Shown here piece after piece: positions 13,700 to 27,631 of a stretch of 64,000 bases of DNA. The DNA is from Lama guanicoe (lineage: Eukaryota): NCBI GenBank assembly GCA_013239625.1, contig MU056050.1, positions 3,706,084 to 3,770,083 of the forward strand. Reading direction: 5' to 3'. The notes below the pieces were generated by a model. The model was not told the DNA's origin and made no database searches. It saw only the letters and a program-made list of their open reading frames with translations. The translations under genes were made by a program, and so were the position numbers. Within the stretch, counting starts at the first letter, position 1. Each line of letters starts with the position of its first letter.

Positions 13700-14600
13700 A
13701 TTAAAATATAATTTACATTCCTAATAACAATGTACCAGAGTTCAGGTTTCACTGTATCCTTGCCAGCATTTGGATTTGTCAGTCTTTTAATTGTAACTAT
13801 TCTGCAAGGTGTGTGATTGTGTATCATTGTGGTTTTAAACTGCATTTGTTTGATGATTAATGATGTTGAGCATTTTTTCAAATACTTATTGGCCATTTGT
13901 GTATCTTCCTTGATGAAATGTCAGTTCTAGTTTTTTGTCCTTTGAAAATGCTTTTTGTCTTTTTATTATTGAATTAGAGGAGATCTTTATTCTTTTAGCA
14001 GACTATACTTTTCAGCCTATGTTTTGGCTACTCATTTCTTTAATTGAGTCTATCAGCAAGCAGAAGTTTTATTTTTAGTGAAGTCAGATTAATCACAATT
14101 TTCTTTTATTGTTATTGTTTTTTTGTGTCACGTATAAGAAACCTCCAAGTCAAAAATTTTTTCTTCTATTTTCTGCTAGAAATTTTATAGTTTTAGTTTT
14201 TACTTTGGGGCTGTGGCCCATCTTAAATTAATTTTTGTGTGTAGTGTGAGGTAGGTTGTTCTAGCAACATTTATTGGATTGCTTTGGTGCCTTTGCCAGA
14301 AATCAATAAACTATATAATGTGGGTCTATTTCTAGGCCCTCTATTCTGTACCTTTGATATATTGTCTATCCTTATGCCAGGACTATATTGTTTTGAGTTT
14401 TGTAGTTTTAAGTAAGTGTTGAAATCAGGTAGTGTAAGTCCTTCAATTTTTTTCTTCCAGTTTTATTGAAATATAATTGAGATACAAATAATTCCTCAAA
14501 CTTTATTGTTCTTTTGCAAGATTATTTTAGATATTCCAGGTTGTTTCAATTCCACATAAATTTTAGAATCAACTTACCAAAGTCTACAGAAGGCCTGGGC
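13700..14600 (-). mobile_element. L1 ORF2 fragment
   Basis: ORF 13645-13896 MANKYLKKCSTSLIIKQMQFKTTM matches the L1 ORF2 C-terminal region. Confidence 0.85.
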
Positions 14601-14611
14601 ATAGGTGGAGG

Positions 14612-14760
14612 TATGTGTGTGTGTGTGTGTGTCTGTGTGTGTGTGTGTGTGTGTGTATATATAGAGAGATAATATATTTATGTTATATATAGGTATATAA
14701 TATTATATATTATATATCTTATAAGTCTTAAATATATAAATATAAAATACTATATATCTA
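14612..14760. repeat. (TG)n microsatellite followed by AT-rich low complexity
   Basis: About 22 TG units with one TC interruption, then TA-rich sequence. Confidence 0.9.
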
Positions 14761-15990
14761 TTTTTTAGCAAAATGACATGATATACCTTGGTATGGATTT
14801 CCTTGTATTAATTTGACAGGGTTTGCTGAGTTTTGTGTCTCTAAATTTATGTTTTCCACCAAATTTGAGAAAATTTTAGTCATTTTTCTCTTCAGATATT
14901 TTGTTTTTCTGACCCATTTTCTCTCGTCTCCTTCTGTTACTAAATTTATGTACATGTTTAGTCTTTTGATATTATCCCTCTGGTTATTGAGACTCTACTC
15001 AATCATTTTTTCTCCCTGTCTTTCAGATTGGGTAATTTTGATCTATCTTCATGTTCATTGACTTTTTCTTCTGTCAACTACCATGTGATAGTAAATCCAT
15101 TCATGTGAATTTCTTTCCCAGAAATTGTATTTTTTTTCTCAATTTCCCTTTAGCTCTCTCTCTCTCTCTTTTTTTTTTAATAGTTCTGTAGTTCTATAGT
15201 GCTGAGCTTTTCTATTATGTAGTTTCTTAAAAGTATAGTTTCCTTTGTGTTTTTGAGCATTGTTATAATAGCTACTTTAAAATTCTTATTTGCTAATTCC
15301 AGTATGTGGGTCATCTTGATATAGTCTCAGTTGATTCCTTCTTTATTTGAATATAGGTTATATTTCCCTGCTTCTTTAAATGTCTAGTGGTCTTAGATTA
15401 TATCCCTGACATTATAAATGATATAACCCAGAAATTCTAAATTCTGTTATATTCCTCTGAAGGATATTGGTTTTTCTTACTGTTGTTTTGTTACAACAGG
15501 CAGAGCTCCTAGCTCTGTCTCCCCTGTGGTGGCTAAGAGTTGAAATCTCGGTTTAGTCTTTTAGCCATAACTGGGATGCTTACCATATGTGTCACACTTG
15601 TGTAATTCAGAGATCGGCTAGAAGTATGGGAAGATTTTACAGAATGTTAAAGGGCCCCCCTTCTGTAGTTGCCTTCTTTGTGAGCTGCTGCCTTCACTTT
15701 CCAGGTGCTGTCATTGCTCCTAACTCTTTTATTTATTTCTTCAAGTCATTATGGTTTGAAGTTTTCTATTCAATTTTATCTACCTTAGATGGGACTGCCT
15801 AGGGCCTGTGTTCAGGCAAAAAGCTCTAAAATATGGAAACTCAATTGTTGCCCCTTCCTTCTTCCAAGTGTAGTCTCCCTAAAGTATTTGCTTGCTTCTG
15901 CTTGTTCTCTAGTGCCTTCAGGCATTTTTTCCCCAGAGTTGTATCTGTAGGAGTGTTGGTCTTGAAAGAGTTAATCCTCCATGATCAGAC
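14760..15990 (-). mobile_element. L1 ORF1/5' region fragment (old L1M)
   Basis: ORF 14758-14955 KYLKRKMTKIFSNLVENINLETQNS resembles L1 ORF1; antisense 5'UTR-like sequence downstream on the plus strand. Confidence 0.7.
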
Positions 15991-18900
15991 AGGGAATATC
16001 CAAACTATGAGATTTCAGAATATATATAAATGAGATAAAATAGTGAATGGTACTAGCTGATTCCCAATCTTATTTCCTTGACTGTTGCACAAATATAGCC
16101 TTATTTCAGACTTAATATAGAATGATTTGGAGATTGATTTTAATGTTTTCTTTTTTCTCATGTTTGCCCCTTTTTAATTGTATATATCACAGAGCAATAC
16201 TCTCAAACTCAGCATTTTTTAATTAATAAAAATTAATAAAACTCATCTGTCTTAAGAATGTGAAATAGCAAACCCAAATAGTTTGACTTCTGGCATTTTA
16301 AGTGTTGTCAAATTGGTTTAAAAAAAACAAAGATAATATAGTCAGTATGACATTTTGCTACAGTTCATATTTCAATTCTAAATTTGTGGAATTGAGAGTA
16401 TAATTCTTAAAATAACCTCAAATGCACTGTAAATTATAAATTTCTAGTACACTGTAAACAGGATGTGTTGTTTACAGCTGTTTAGCTCCACTAAATATCT
16501 GTAGATTTGCTTCCTCAGCTAGAGCAGGAACTTACTGGCTATAACTCCCTGCCTTGTTCAATAACTTCCAGTAATTATCAGGAAGAAAATGCAATAAATT
16601 CATGTAATAGACTGCCCCTTTGCTATAATATACAATCAGAGGCGATCAATGCTTCTTACAATAAGGAGAAGAATTACAACTGTGTTTTATTTTATAGCTT
16701 TGGTAATACAGCTTTGGAAACCACCAGAGGGAGTAGAGTTAAACTTCAGTGGTCAAATTCCATTGTGGTAAAACAGCCTCAGGCTGACATTTTACAAAGT
16801 AGCAACACAACAAGGGGTTGTGTACTTCTTAGCAGACTATTTTATTTGTTTACCCATCCAGCTAGTGGAAGGGTAAACTGCTCCGTGTATTGCTGCTCTT
16901 TTTCATATGCCTGGAATAATGAGAATCTCTGAATATAATAAATAATAATCAAGCTTAACTTTTGGCCACATCATTACAAGAAGGGAAAGATAGACATAGT
17001 TGATAATGAAACCTCCAGTGTTGCAGCAACCCACAATGACTTGTTCGTTACAAAGTTATATTTGTTATGGTTTAAAAATATACCTTTATTGTGGTTTAAA
17101 TCAAAGGGCATTTTTGAGCCCTGCCTAGTTATGCTTAAAGTATAATTACACGCTACATATCTTGGTAAGTAAATGAAAGCCTTTTCTTGGTTATTTGTTA
17201 TAAATTTTGCTTTGCCTGTAGCTAAGTGAAGGCCAGGCCTCCAAAGTGTTTCAAGTATAATGCACTGTGAATATAAAACAGTCCATTAATTGGGATAATA
17301 GGCCCCAGCATGTAATTGCATTTCTTAGGTACTATGGATAGCAACTGAGTGAAGTGGTATTTATTCAAGGTTGTTAGTCACCCGTGGATAACTTTATTTG
17401 TCCATTGATGCTTAAATAAATGCATCATCCATCAGTAAGAATATTTATGAAGAAATTTATAACAAAAATCATTATTGCATCTCAAATTATGAAAGGAAAC
17501 AGTATATAAAAATTACTGAAGAATGTCACAATAAAGTCTTGCGAATGCCTCAGGTTACTTGCTTTTATGTTGGTGGACAGTAAACTATTGTGGAAGCTCA
17601 AGAATAAATGTGAACCAAACATGATTATTATACTTTGTATTGTGCTTTCCAACAAAATATCTGTTAAGACATGAAGTAAATTTTGTCAGCAATTTCCAGC
17701 CCCATTAACTTATACAGTTTTTCAAGAGAAAAAATGAATTTACCAACAGTCTGTCAGTATGCCACAGACCTTTGCAATCTCTCAAATAGTGTGTATGTGA
17801 GACTTTATTTATAGTTGCAAAAATGTTTCCTTTGGTTTTCATTTAATAGGTTGTTGGCTATTTCTAAGGTGTTAAAAAACATATGTTCTATTTTATCACG
17901 TGTAATCTTCCACATCTTGTTGAAGAAGAGTCAAGAGGAAGTCCCAGAGCTCTACTAGCTTAGACAAGATTACTTTCTTTTCCAGAAATCATTTGCAGAA
18001 CTGAAGGAAAGGCCCCAGAACTTTAATTGATCCACCACCCTTGTAGACCCCTCAGTGTCCCAGCTTCACCTTTGTTATGTGTTCTGAGACTGTCCGGATG
18101 AATTCCATGATGTCCTCTTTCCTGTTTTCATCAGTCCCTGAAATAAGTCCAGGATTCCTAGATCCTAGATAATCCTATTCCTGACTGTATTCCCAGTGGG
18201 TTTCTGTGGCCTGTGAAGCAGCCCCTCTACTTTCTCCACTATGTCATTTTCCTATTTCTTTGCTTTTTTCTTCTTCATGCCATCTACCAACGTCTCATTT
18301 ATTTAATGATTAGTCTATTTCCTGTCATAGCAGATGCACTAAAACTATTTCTTGAATGGCTGACTGAATGACTGAATAAAGCTTTTCTCTCTCTTCGATG
18401 CAAAAGAGACATTTCTAAAATTAACATGGAGAAAATGTTCTATTAAAAAAGGAGGACTTTATGGAGCTCCATGGGATAGTATATAACATCTTCCTCTGCT
18501 ATTAAATAACCCCTGGGAAACAAAAATATTTCTCTTAATTGTACTGTGAATTTTTTGTGCCTCTTTATATTATTCATCACATCATGCCCCTATATATGAG
18601 AATGGTTTTGTTTATTGACTTGGAAAGTCTTTGCTGCTTCTGATGTTTCTGTTAGACCACAATAATAAGTACTGCCTAGATTTTCCTTAGTTTGTGTTCA
18701 TGCATGAGCCTTCACATAGATTTAGATATGTATAATGTACCTTGAATAGAAACTATTTGGCCCAGGAACTTACAAAATTTAAATTGAAATACTATAGTAG
18801 CTTGTTGATTCAGACTAAAATTTTAAGTTTTGCTCTTTTTCTCAATTTTAATAAGCCTTTAGAGTATTGTTCTGAGATGATAAAGATATTTGGCAAAGAA

Positions 18901-19969
18901 TTGAAAATTGAGGAAAAAATCTGTTAAGATTTGTATCAATTTCATTGGCAAATCTACTCTTACATACAAATGAGCCAATATTCTAAGAGTCTTGGCATTT
19001 TCCTTTCAGCTACAAAAAATATGAGACACAAAGTAGTTTTTTTATCCTTAAAACTTTCCAAATAAACTGTGTTTTAGAAAGGAGGCACTTACTCGTTCTT
19101 CAGGTTTTTCTATGAGTAAACAGTTTTCTAATAACACAGAATACAGAAGTGTTCTATTATAACACTGGATAGTAGGACACAGAATATTTAAAACAGAAGA
19201 CAGAAATTACTAATTTTGAAATTAGAGTTTATTGATAACTTACCATAATATCATCATTGACTAATATTGATTGATGTTTAATATGTTTAATATTTCTGTA
19301 CCTTTTCCATAACAAATCAGGAAGGAGAGGCATTATGTTTATGATATGATATCCTTATAACTTCTTGATCAACAATGTCACATTTCTAGAAAATATAATG
19401 AGATTTGCTGTCTTTGATACTTATTTGGAATAGTCATTAAAATTAGAATAATTATGTTTCTCAGGGATTCAATCTGGATTATATGTCCGTAATGCCATTT
19501 TGTGACTAATAGAGGGGTACACTGATGTATAGTTTTATGGTCTAAAGGGTAATGAATTCAAACAATGAAAGTAAGATGCTCTACAGACTTCTAATGTGGT
19601 ATGCCTAAAGACATTTTCAGTGAGAAAACTTCATCTATTCTGTCTCCAGGTCATCCTTAGAGAACAAAACAGGAAACAAAAAATTCTTGTTAAATAATAT
19701 ATTGATGTCTCCTATCTTAGCACAACTCCTTCTCTGCAGAGCTTCCTTCCCTATCAAGTTTCTTTGTTTTCCTTAGAAATGTAAATTGGCTTAAAATTCA
19801 CCTTCTTAAGAAGCATTAGTGAAATGACGTTATCTTTTATAATGCATATCTCTATTGATATCTAGGCATCAGTTTAAGCTTTGTGTTATATACCTGTCTT
19901 TAAAGTGCTATGCAGATGAAACAGTGCCAGTTATATTAACATATACGTAGTTTAGACTAGAAATTCCAC

Positions 19970-20326
19970 TTATGATTGACTGAGAGATGTGTCATTCAGA
20001 TCCTGCAAGGAAGGACTACGGTCCTCAGCTGTCAGCAGCTCTAGATAGCGACTCAACTGCAGAAAATTGCCCTGTTTGAGATCATATCCTCCTTCTAGAG
20101 ATCCCATAGCCAGTGACTGCTTGAGGTGGGGTATAAAGGCCCAATCATTTTGGTCCACTGTGGGACAAGTTCGAAGGGCCATATATGCTACAGAGCTCCT
20201 GGTGGAATTGACCAAAAATATCTAGGTCTGTATCACAGTTTGACTTCACTGTATGCCCAATTTTGCTTCCTCTCTCTTCCTTCCAAATGTTAGAACTTGA
20301 TTCCAGAGACCCCTCAACCTGCAATA
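19970..20326 (+). mobile_element. Solo LTR, LTR16C-like (ERVL)
   Basis: CAGTGACTG...GGGGTATAAAGGCC...TGTGGGACAA...CAGAGCTCC...ATCACAGTTTGACTTC...CAACCTGCAA follows the recalled LTR16C consensus order; internal deletion near the 3' end. Confidence 0.75.
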
Positions 20327-20441
20327 TTACTTTTTATACCTCTGAATTCTCTTCCAAATTTGACTGGACCTCTGATTTCTCCTATGTATAGATTGTCTGG
20401 CAAAATCACACAGTTTCCTTTTATCCCTTCAATTATTAATA

Positions 20442-20667
20442 CAATTGATAACTTGAACAACACAGGTTTGAACTGTGTGGGCCCACCTATATGTGGACAT
20501 TTTTTCACTTAATACATACTGAAGTAACATATGATCTGTGATTGGTTGAATCTGTGGATGTGAAACCACGAATACAGAGAGTTTCTATAATCAGTGTATT
20601 ATACACAGATTTGCAACTGTGTGGAGGGTTGGTGCCCCAATCCTTGCATTGTTCTAGCAGTCGACTG
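20442..20667. mobile_element. Tigger2a/MER8-like TcMar-Tigger MITE
   Basis: TIRs CAATTGATAACTTGAACAA / TTGTTCTAGCAGTCGACTG flanked by TA at 20440-20441 and 20668-20669. Confidence 0.85.
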
Positions 20668-20849
20668 TATTACAAAGCAAGAGAAGACTTGGCTTTCAAC
20701 AGTATGAACTGTGGGAGTCACATCTGTTGAAACTCTTTATGTATTCACCATTGTGGGAATGCTCCATAATTGGTAAAATAATATATAAGCCAAACTAAAT
20801 CATATCACCTCTGATGATTCCTTCTATTCTCCTATCTGACCATATCCCA

Positions 20850-23520
20850 TCATCCATATGCTACTATCATAAAATGATCAGTGAGTGAAAATTGAGGAGG
20901 AAGGAGCTCCAAGGGCTAGTATCTCCAAATAAACACTGAAAAACGAGTGAAAACTTTCAAAGTCAACTTTTTTGGAGCTCTGGAAAATAGGCAAATATTT
21001 ATAGCAACCAAGCAATAACTGAATCATGAAAAAGGTGACTTAAACATGGAAGTCAAGTTTTGTGGTAATTTTAATTAGCCTTGCCCTTTTCCCCTTGTTG
21101 GCATGGCAATTTTCTTAAAGACAGCAATTTTCTTAAAGACCTGTTTTTAGAGGGGGTAGAGCAGAGCTTATTCCTAAGAACTCATGTATATCTTCTTTGA
21201 CCTATCTGAGGTTCCCCAAAGGCCTGACTCAAAGTGTTTTACCTAACTCAGAATTCTCCCAGGGTCAAAAACGACTAAACTGAGGGTGTTTGTCAAAAAA
21301 ATTGTAAGGCAAATGAACAAGCTACTGCCTTCCCGGGGCAAAATATTACAGTTGGAGAACATAATAGCCATGCTGAAAGTCTGAATAGAAAATCTGGAGA
21401 AAGAGTTATTTTGGTGAATAAGATCATTGAGAAATTCCCATAAATAATAGGGATCTGGAAAGTCATGTGCATCACCAGAGTAGGACACAGACTCAGAGAT
21501 CTGTGAAGGCCTTAAGCTTTCCACCTGTGGCTGATCTTTAGGCTCAGTCCAGCTAGGAAGTGGAAACTAAGATAGAGTTGTTAAGAGGGTGGCTGAGTGT
21601 TGAGGGAGTGTCCAGTGCAGATCTAATTTGCAAATACCAGGAGAGTGTTTTTTTTTCCTTTTTCCTTTTTGCTCCAAGCATTTAAGGAAATTTCTGTCAA
21701 ACAACTAGTTGACCACAAGCTAAAGAGAGAGAGACTTCAGAGACTATCTACAACAAAGAAGAGTTTTTAAGTATACTTTAGAAAAGTCACTAAATAAACA
21801 AGAATCTACAACCCACAGTAAGAAACAATAAACCTTTGAAGAGAAGAAAGAATCTGATTTTCAGAGTTAGCACATTGTAATATTCAAAACATCCAATTTC
21901 AGCCAAAAATCATAAGCATGCAAAGAAACAAAAAAGTTGGTCCCTGTCCACCCCAAAATTAATAGAAACTGAGGAAGCACAGAAATTGGACTCATTAAAG
22001 GAAGCCTTAAGTCAACTGTCTTGAACATGCTCAAAGAGCTAAAGAAAACCATGGATAAAGAACTGAAGGAAACCAGGAGAACAATGTCACATTAAATAGA
22101 GAATATTTTTAAACAGATAAAAATTATCAAAAGGAATCACAGAGAAATTTTGGAGCTGAAAAATGTAGCAATTAAAATAAAAATTTTACTAGAGGGGCTC
22201 ACAACAGAGTAGGGAAGGCAGAAGAATCATTGGACATGAAGACAAGTTAATTGAGAGTATCCAGTCTGAGAAGCAGAAATAAAGAGGAATGTAGAAAAAT
22301 GAACACAGCCTAAGAGATCTATGGAGTGCCATTAACTATTCTAACATATACATATGGGAGACTAAGGATGGGAGGAGTAAAAGGGGTAGAAAAAATATTT
22401 GAAGAAATAATGGCTGAAACTTCCCAAATTTGATAAAAGACATGACGCTATATACATCTAAGAAGTTAAAAAAAAATTCTAAGTAGAATAAAAGCGAAGA
22501 AATCCACATCAGGACATGTTATAATAAAACTGTCGAAAGATAAAGACAGAATCTTGAAAGTAGCAATAGAGGAGCAACTGGACATGTACAAGGGTGAATT
22601 ATTTCAAATTTTGAGAGAATTAACATCAGTCCTTCTTAAACTTTTCCAGAAAATGGAATTTTCCTCATTTTATAAGGCATATATTACCTTGACAATAAAC
22701 CAGACCAAGACATTCCAAGAAAAGAAAATTTCAAACCAATAGCCCTTATGACTATAGATGCAAAATTTCTCAACATGATACTAGCGAATTGAATCCAGTA
22801 GCATATTAAAAGGATTATATGCTGTGACTAAGTGGGATTTATTCTAGGAATCCAAGAGTAGTTCAACATATGAAAAGCAATCCATGTATTATAGCATAAT
22901 AGTAGAACAAAGGGAGAAAACTATATGATTCTCTTAAGGCAGAAAAATTTTAAAAATCCAACACTCTTTCATGGTGTATACCCATATACTTAACAAATTA
23001 GGGATATAAGGAAATTTCCTTAAGTTGATAAAGAGTATTTATGAAAAACCCACATCTAACATTATATTCGATGGTGAATGACTGAAAGCTTTCTCTCTAA
23101 AATAATGAACAAGGCAAGGATGCTTCTGCCAGTTCTACTCAGTGTGGTACTGGATGTTCTAGTCAGATCATTTTGGCAAAGAAAATAAATAAAAGGCATC
23201 CAAGTTGGAAAGGAAGAGGTAAAACTATCACTATTCACAAATGACATGATCCTATATATAATAAAACCTAAAGAATCCAGGAAAAAAAATCATCGTATGA
23301 TTTCAGCAATGCTGCAGTTTGTAAGATCAACCCATAAAAAATCAGTTGTATTTCTCTACATTAAGAATGAACACTTAAAAAAGGAAAATAAGAGAACAAT
23401 TCGATTTACAATAGCAGTGTGAATATACTAAATGCCACTGAATTAGACACTTTAAAATGGTTACAGTGGTGAATTTTATGTTTTACTTATGTTAAGTAAA
23501 ACATAAAATTCACAGTATGA
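20850..23520 (+). mobile_element. Internally deleted L1 (5'UTR, partial ORF1, RT-region ORF2, 3' end)
   Basis: ORF1 joins ORF2 at ~22593 (GTACAAGGG|TGAATT); RT motif LFTNDMILY near 23230; ORF2 jumps to the 3'UTR terminus at ~23416. Confidence 0.85.
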
Positions 23521-25769
23521 AAAGGCCAAAAAATATTTTGAGATGTCGTAGCATTCCCTAGCATAGAGCTTTCCACATAGTAGGTGCAAGAAATTTTGCT
23601 TAACATAGCGAGTTACACTCTTCATAGTGAGGTCCTGGTTGTTAACAAGCTTATAACTCTTCTCTTAAATTTCCTAAAGAAAATAAAAGGAATTGAAAGA
23701 TTGAATACTATTATGAATAGTGGTACTATTTGTGTGGCATTTTATAACATAGGGAAAAATTACCATTATTTAAATGGTGTTATTATTTATAGTTACTAAT
23801 GTTATAGATACTATATTGTATAATGTTTACATTTTTTAATAGAAAAATCAGGTTCTCAGAAATTACGTTACCCAATGTTAAACAAATTATAGGTGCTACC
23901 ATTGACTCAAACTGTATGTTTCCAAATTGTTGACTCTTAAAACAGGACCAAGAGGAAGATATCAGCTGAAAAACTGCAGGAAATTCTGTTTCTTGGAAAT
24001 AGTACCCAACCTTGTGCTGCCTCATATGAATTGCATTACTTATAGTTTCTTTATCTGGATTATGATGGGGCATGAGGAAGGCCTCAGCTCTGTTGAAGAA
24101 AGCAGAAATTAAAAAAGAATCCTATCTTGTTACCTTGCATTTTCACACATAGTTTAAAAAAAACTCACGTAAAGTTACTGATATATCTTAACATAGTCCC
24201 TTGATATACTTTTGTTATTTTTCACAGCGTACTCTCCAAATGATTCCCACATACAAAAAATGCAGGGCATTTTGACTGCATATTAGTCCAAGTATTATTT
24301 GCTGAGCTATCAGCCCAGTTTAATCAATAGACAAGTAGACCCTTTTTAAAGCTGGAGAGATACATATACAACATCCAAATGCAAATACTCAGGGTAGTGC
24401 ACTACATCCAAGTGTGTATTGTAGTGATAAATAAGCCGTGAAAATATCAGAAGTCTTTCTCTGTGCATACAACAAACAGGTAAACTGTGAACATTCAAAA
24501 TTTTTATATTCTTTCATGAAAATCTTATAATAAAAAATAATCTTATAATAGGTGGTTAATCAAATATTCTTAGTGACTGAACAGACTGCCAATTATATAA
24601 AAATAAATGTTTAAGAGATCAGCTATTTTCCAAATATGAAGGTCCACAACAGGGGATATTTTGTAACTTTACTAAGCACAAATTTGAATTATATTAGCCC
24701 CTTGTTGCTTGTATAAGGGAGTAAATCACTTAACTAGTGAGTGATCTTAGTCATATATACACACAAATATTGGAATGAGGCATTATTTTCAACTTGCTCC
24801 TTGCTTTTCTTAAATCTTGTCATGGTGTTCTTGAATTTGGAGATTGTCAGGATGTCAGTAGTCTAGTAACATATACTTAACATGAAAACCTGATGACTCA
24901 GCAGGCACTTTTGGATCTTAGATGTAGGTAGAGTGACTTTGGTTGAAATGATACTGATCCTGTTTTGGTTTTCTTTGGAGAGTTGAATTGATTTGCTGAA
25001 AATTTTAATACGTCCTTAGTATAGTATCCTTAACTTAAACCCTTTCTTACTCCTTCTTGTGCATGCAGAAGATAGAAGATGTAAATGCACAATTCTCCAA
25101 AACATTCTGTTTATTTTAGCTTTCTGGTAGTATTGACTTAGATAACAATATATGAAGTAATCTTAGGAGGAAAAGTTAAATGTGATTTTTGATAATCAGC
25201 ATGGCCTAATAAAAAAAAGTAGGAATGATTACCCATTATTATTCTCTGTTTGATTGTTTTCTCCAGAGAGAACTTACAAGGCCTTTGTTTATTATAAAAA
25301 TATTTTTGTGTTTATAGAAATTTTTGAAATATAAAAAGTATAAAGAAGATACAAATAACTCACAATTTTACTTTGTTTTCCTGTGATCTTTTTCTTTTAC
25401 AGAATTGTGATTGAACTTCATATGCAATGTTGTATCTTATTTTTGCATTGTTCATGTTTTAAAAAATGAACAGAATCAAGGATTTGGTTAACACTTAAGA
25501 GACTTTTATCATTAAACTACATGGGATATTACAAAATCAGGGATAAGACTCATAGAGTAAGACCATGGATCAGGAAATGATATATCAGACCTCTAAATTT
25601 AAAATTTACTTTTTGGAACTTAAAAAACATTTGTTACTTGTTTTATGTTTAATATCAGTGGAATTATAGGATTAGAACAATACCTAAGTGTTTAGCTAGA
25701 CCACTACATCTCAACCTTTTTTTTAATGGATGAAGACCCTTTTTTTTAACTCCTATTCTACTCATATTC

Positions 25770-25850
25770 TTTCTTGTCTCATCTCATCTCATCTCTTTCC
25801 CTCCCTTCCTCGCCCCTCCCCTCCCCTCCTCTCCTCTCCTGTCCTATTCT
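25770..25850. repeat. CT-rich pentamer microsatellite (TCTCA/CCCCT/CTCCT)
   Basis: Directly visible. Confidence 0.8.
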
Positions 25851-27631
25851 TTGCAGAGCAAATGATTGTAATTTGCTTCTAGATTCATATAGCAGTTACA
25901 ATAAATAACTTTGTAGTTGCCCAGGAGGCTATGATCTGCAGGTCTGGAACCAAATTTCTAGGCTACATTCTATTCCAGCAAGCAGGACTGCCTTTCATCC
26001 AACCTAGAATAAAGCAAGGAAATACATATTATTAAGGAAAAAATAAAGGGATGAATTGTCAAGGTCTCTATTCTCCAGCACTGAGTTTAGATTTGAGTAT
26101 TTTCTGATTAGATATGGATCATGTTGGAACAAAAACACTCTATGAATACAGAGCAATTTGTACAGTCATATATTTACACACTTAGTAGAAAAACAATCAA
26201 TAGGTATTTATTGTGTACTTACTGTGTGCTTAGAACTCAGCTAACTGCTACGTGAGGAGAAAAAAATAACCAAACCAAAGACAATGTCCTTCATTTCTTG
26301 ACTTCCCAACTCAGAATTCCTACATCAATCAAAGTAACACCTCTCACTTGGCAGTAAGTTATATTAGTACCTTTTGTACATTTAGTTTTTTTTTTTAAAC
26401 TTCAAAGACTGCACTATTATAGGATAAAATGAAAAGCAAAGTGGCAAAGTAGATCTACCCCAGGTGCAGACAACTGAGAAAGATTTGTCTCGCCCAGGAG
26501 CAGTGGGGCAGGAGGGGAATTCCTTATAGTCACAAGATCACCCAGCTGCTATATAATGGGCACTAAGAAACTGTTGTAGTTACGTCAGAAATGCTTCCAA
26601 AGAGGGAATCATAATAATTCTCATATTTGTTTATTGCTCCAATGCTGGTTTCATAAGAGTGATGGATATTGACTTCCAGAGCTAGAGGTATTTACCTGCT
26701 TTGGAAGTATGATGTTGCAGTTTGAAGTTCTAGCTAATGAATGCTGCAGCTTCTTGGAAATAGCTGATCAGTTTTCCAAGGATTAATTTTGCTCCTATTT
26801 TAGGCTGTCAGGTTTCAAACATAAAGGAGATAATAAGCCCTGAGTCTGATTTTTAACAGAGCCTAATGGAATTCTAGCTTTCCAATTGATTGTCCATAAA
26901 AATATTTATTAAAAGGTTAAGCAGAGGTCTTTTCTTACTCATGGTGGTTAATTATTCCAGGTAAAATAAAGTAATTAAAGCACAGTGGAAGGGAAAAATT
27001 ACAAAACAATCTTGAATTTTTAAATTAAGGTAAGGGATTGGTAGATTGGATGGCTCTTTCTAAGGTCTATTATTTAGCTCTTAAATTCATTGCATGGACC
27101 CATTTTTGCTTATTAGGGTCTGTGAGTACATGTAATGATAAAGGAATAAAGAAATGGTACCTGCTCATGTATAACAGACTTTTTCTCACTTACTCTCATT
27201 CTTATAAATGCACATTTTTCTCTGTTTAAATAAAACTCCAATTTCTATTTAAACATGTGTTTGTGCATTATCCACCTGCTATCTTGCTCTTTCAAGTCAT
27301 TTACCTCCTGTCTCACAGGTTCCTTAGGAACATTTTGGGAAGTGGCATTTAACCTCCCCTACTTTGCTCTCCTTTTACTTCACTACCTTTAATTCTCACG
27401 ACTCACAATTTTAGTCTGGGATAAGGAAGATCATGCAGCCTACATTTCTCAAATCTGACTAATTTGTGTATCATTGTCCCACATGATCCATATTTACCCT
27501 GACACACTTCTTCCACATGAAATTTATCTCCTGCCCCTTCCTGTTTTCCATGCCTGGCAGAGGACAAGCTTTCCTGAAAGCACAACTGCTTTGGGTTCTT
27601 CTGTGCTTATTGGTGACCCAATGAAATGCTA

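Noticed and set aside
16507..16932. 141-aa ORF in unique sequence
   Set aside because: Non-ATG start, no recognisable homology or convincing splice boundaries; length is plausible by chance.
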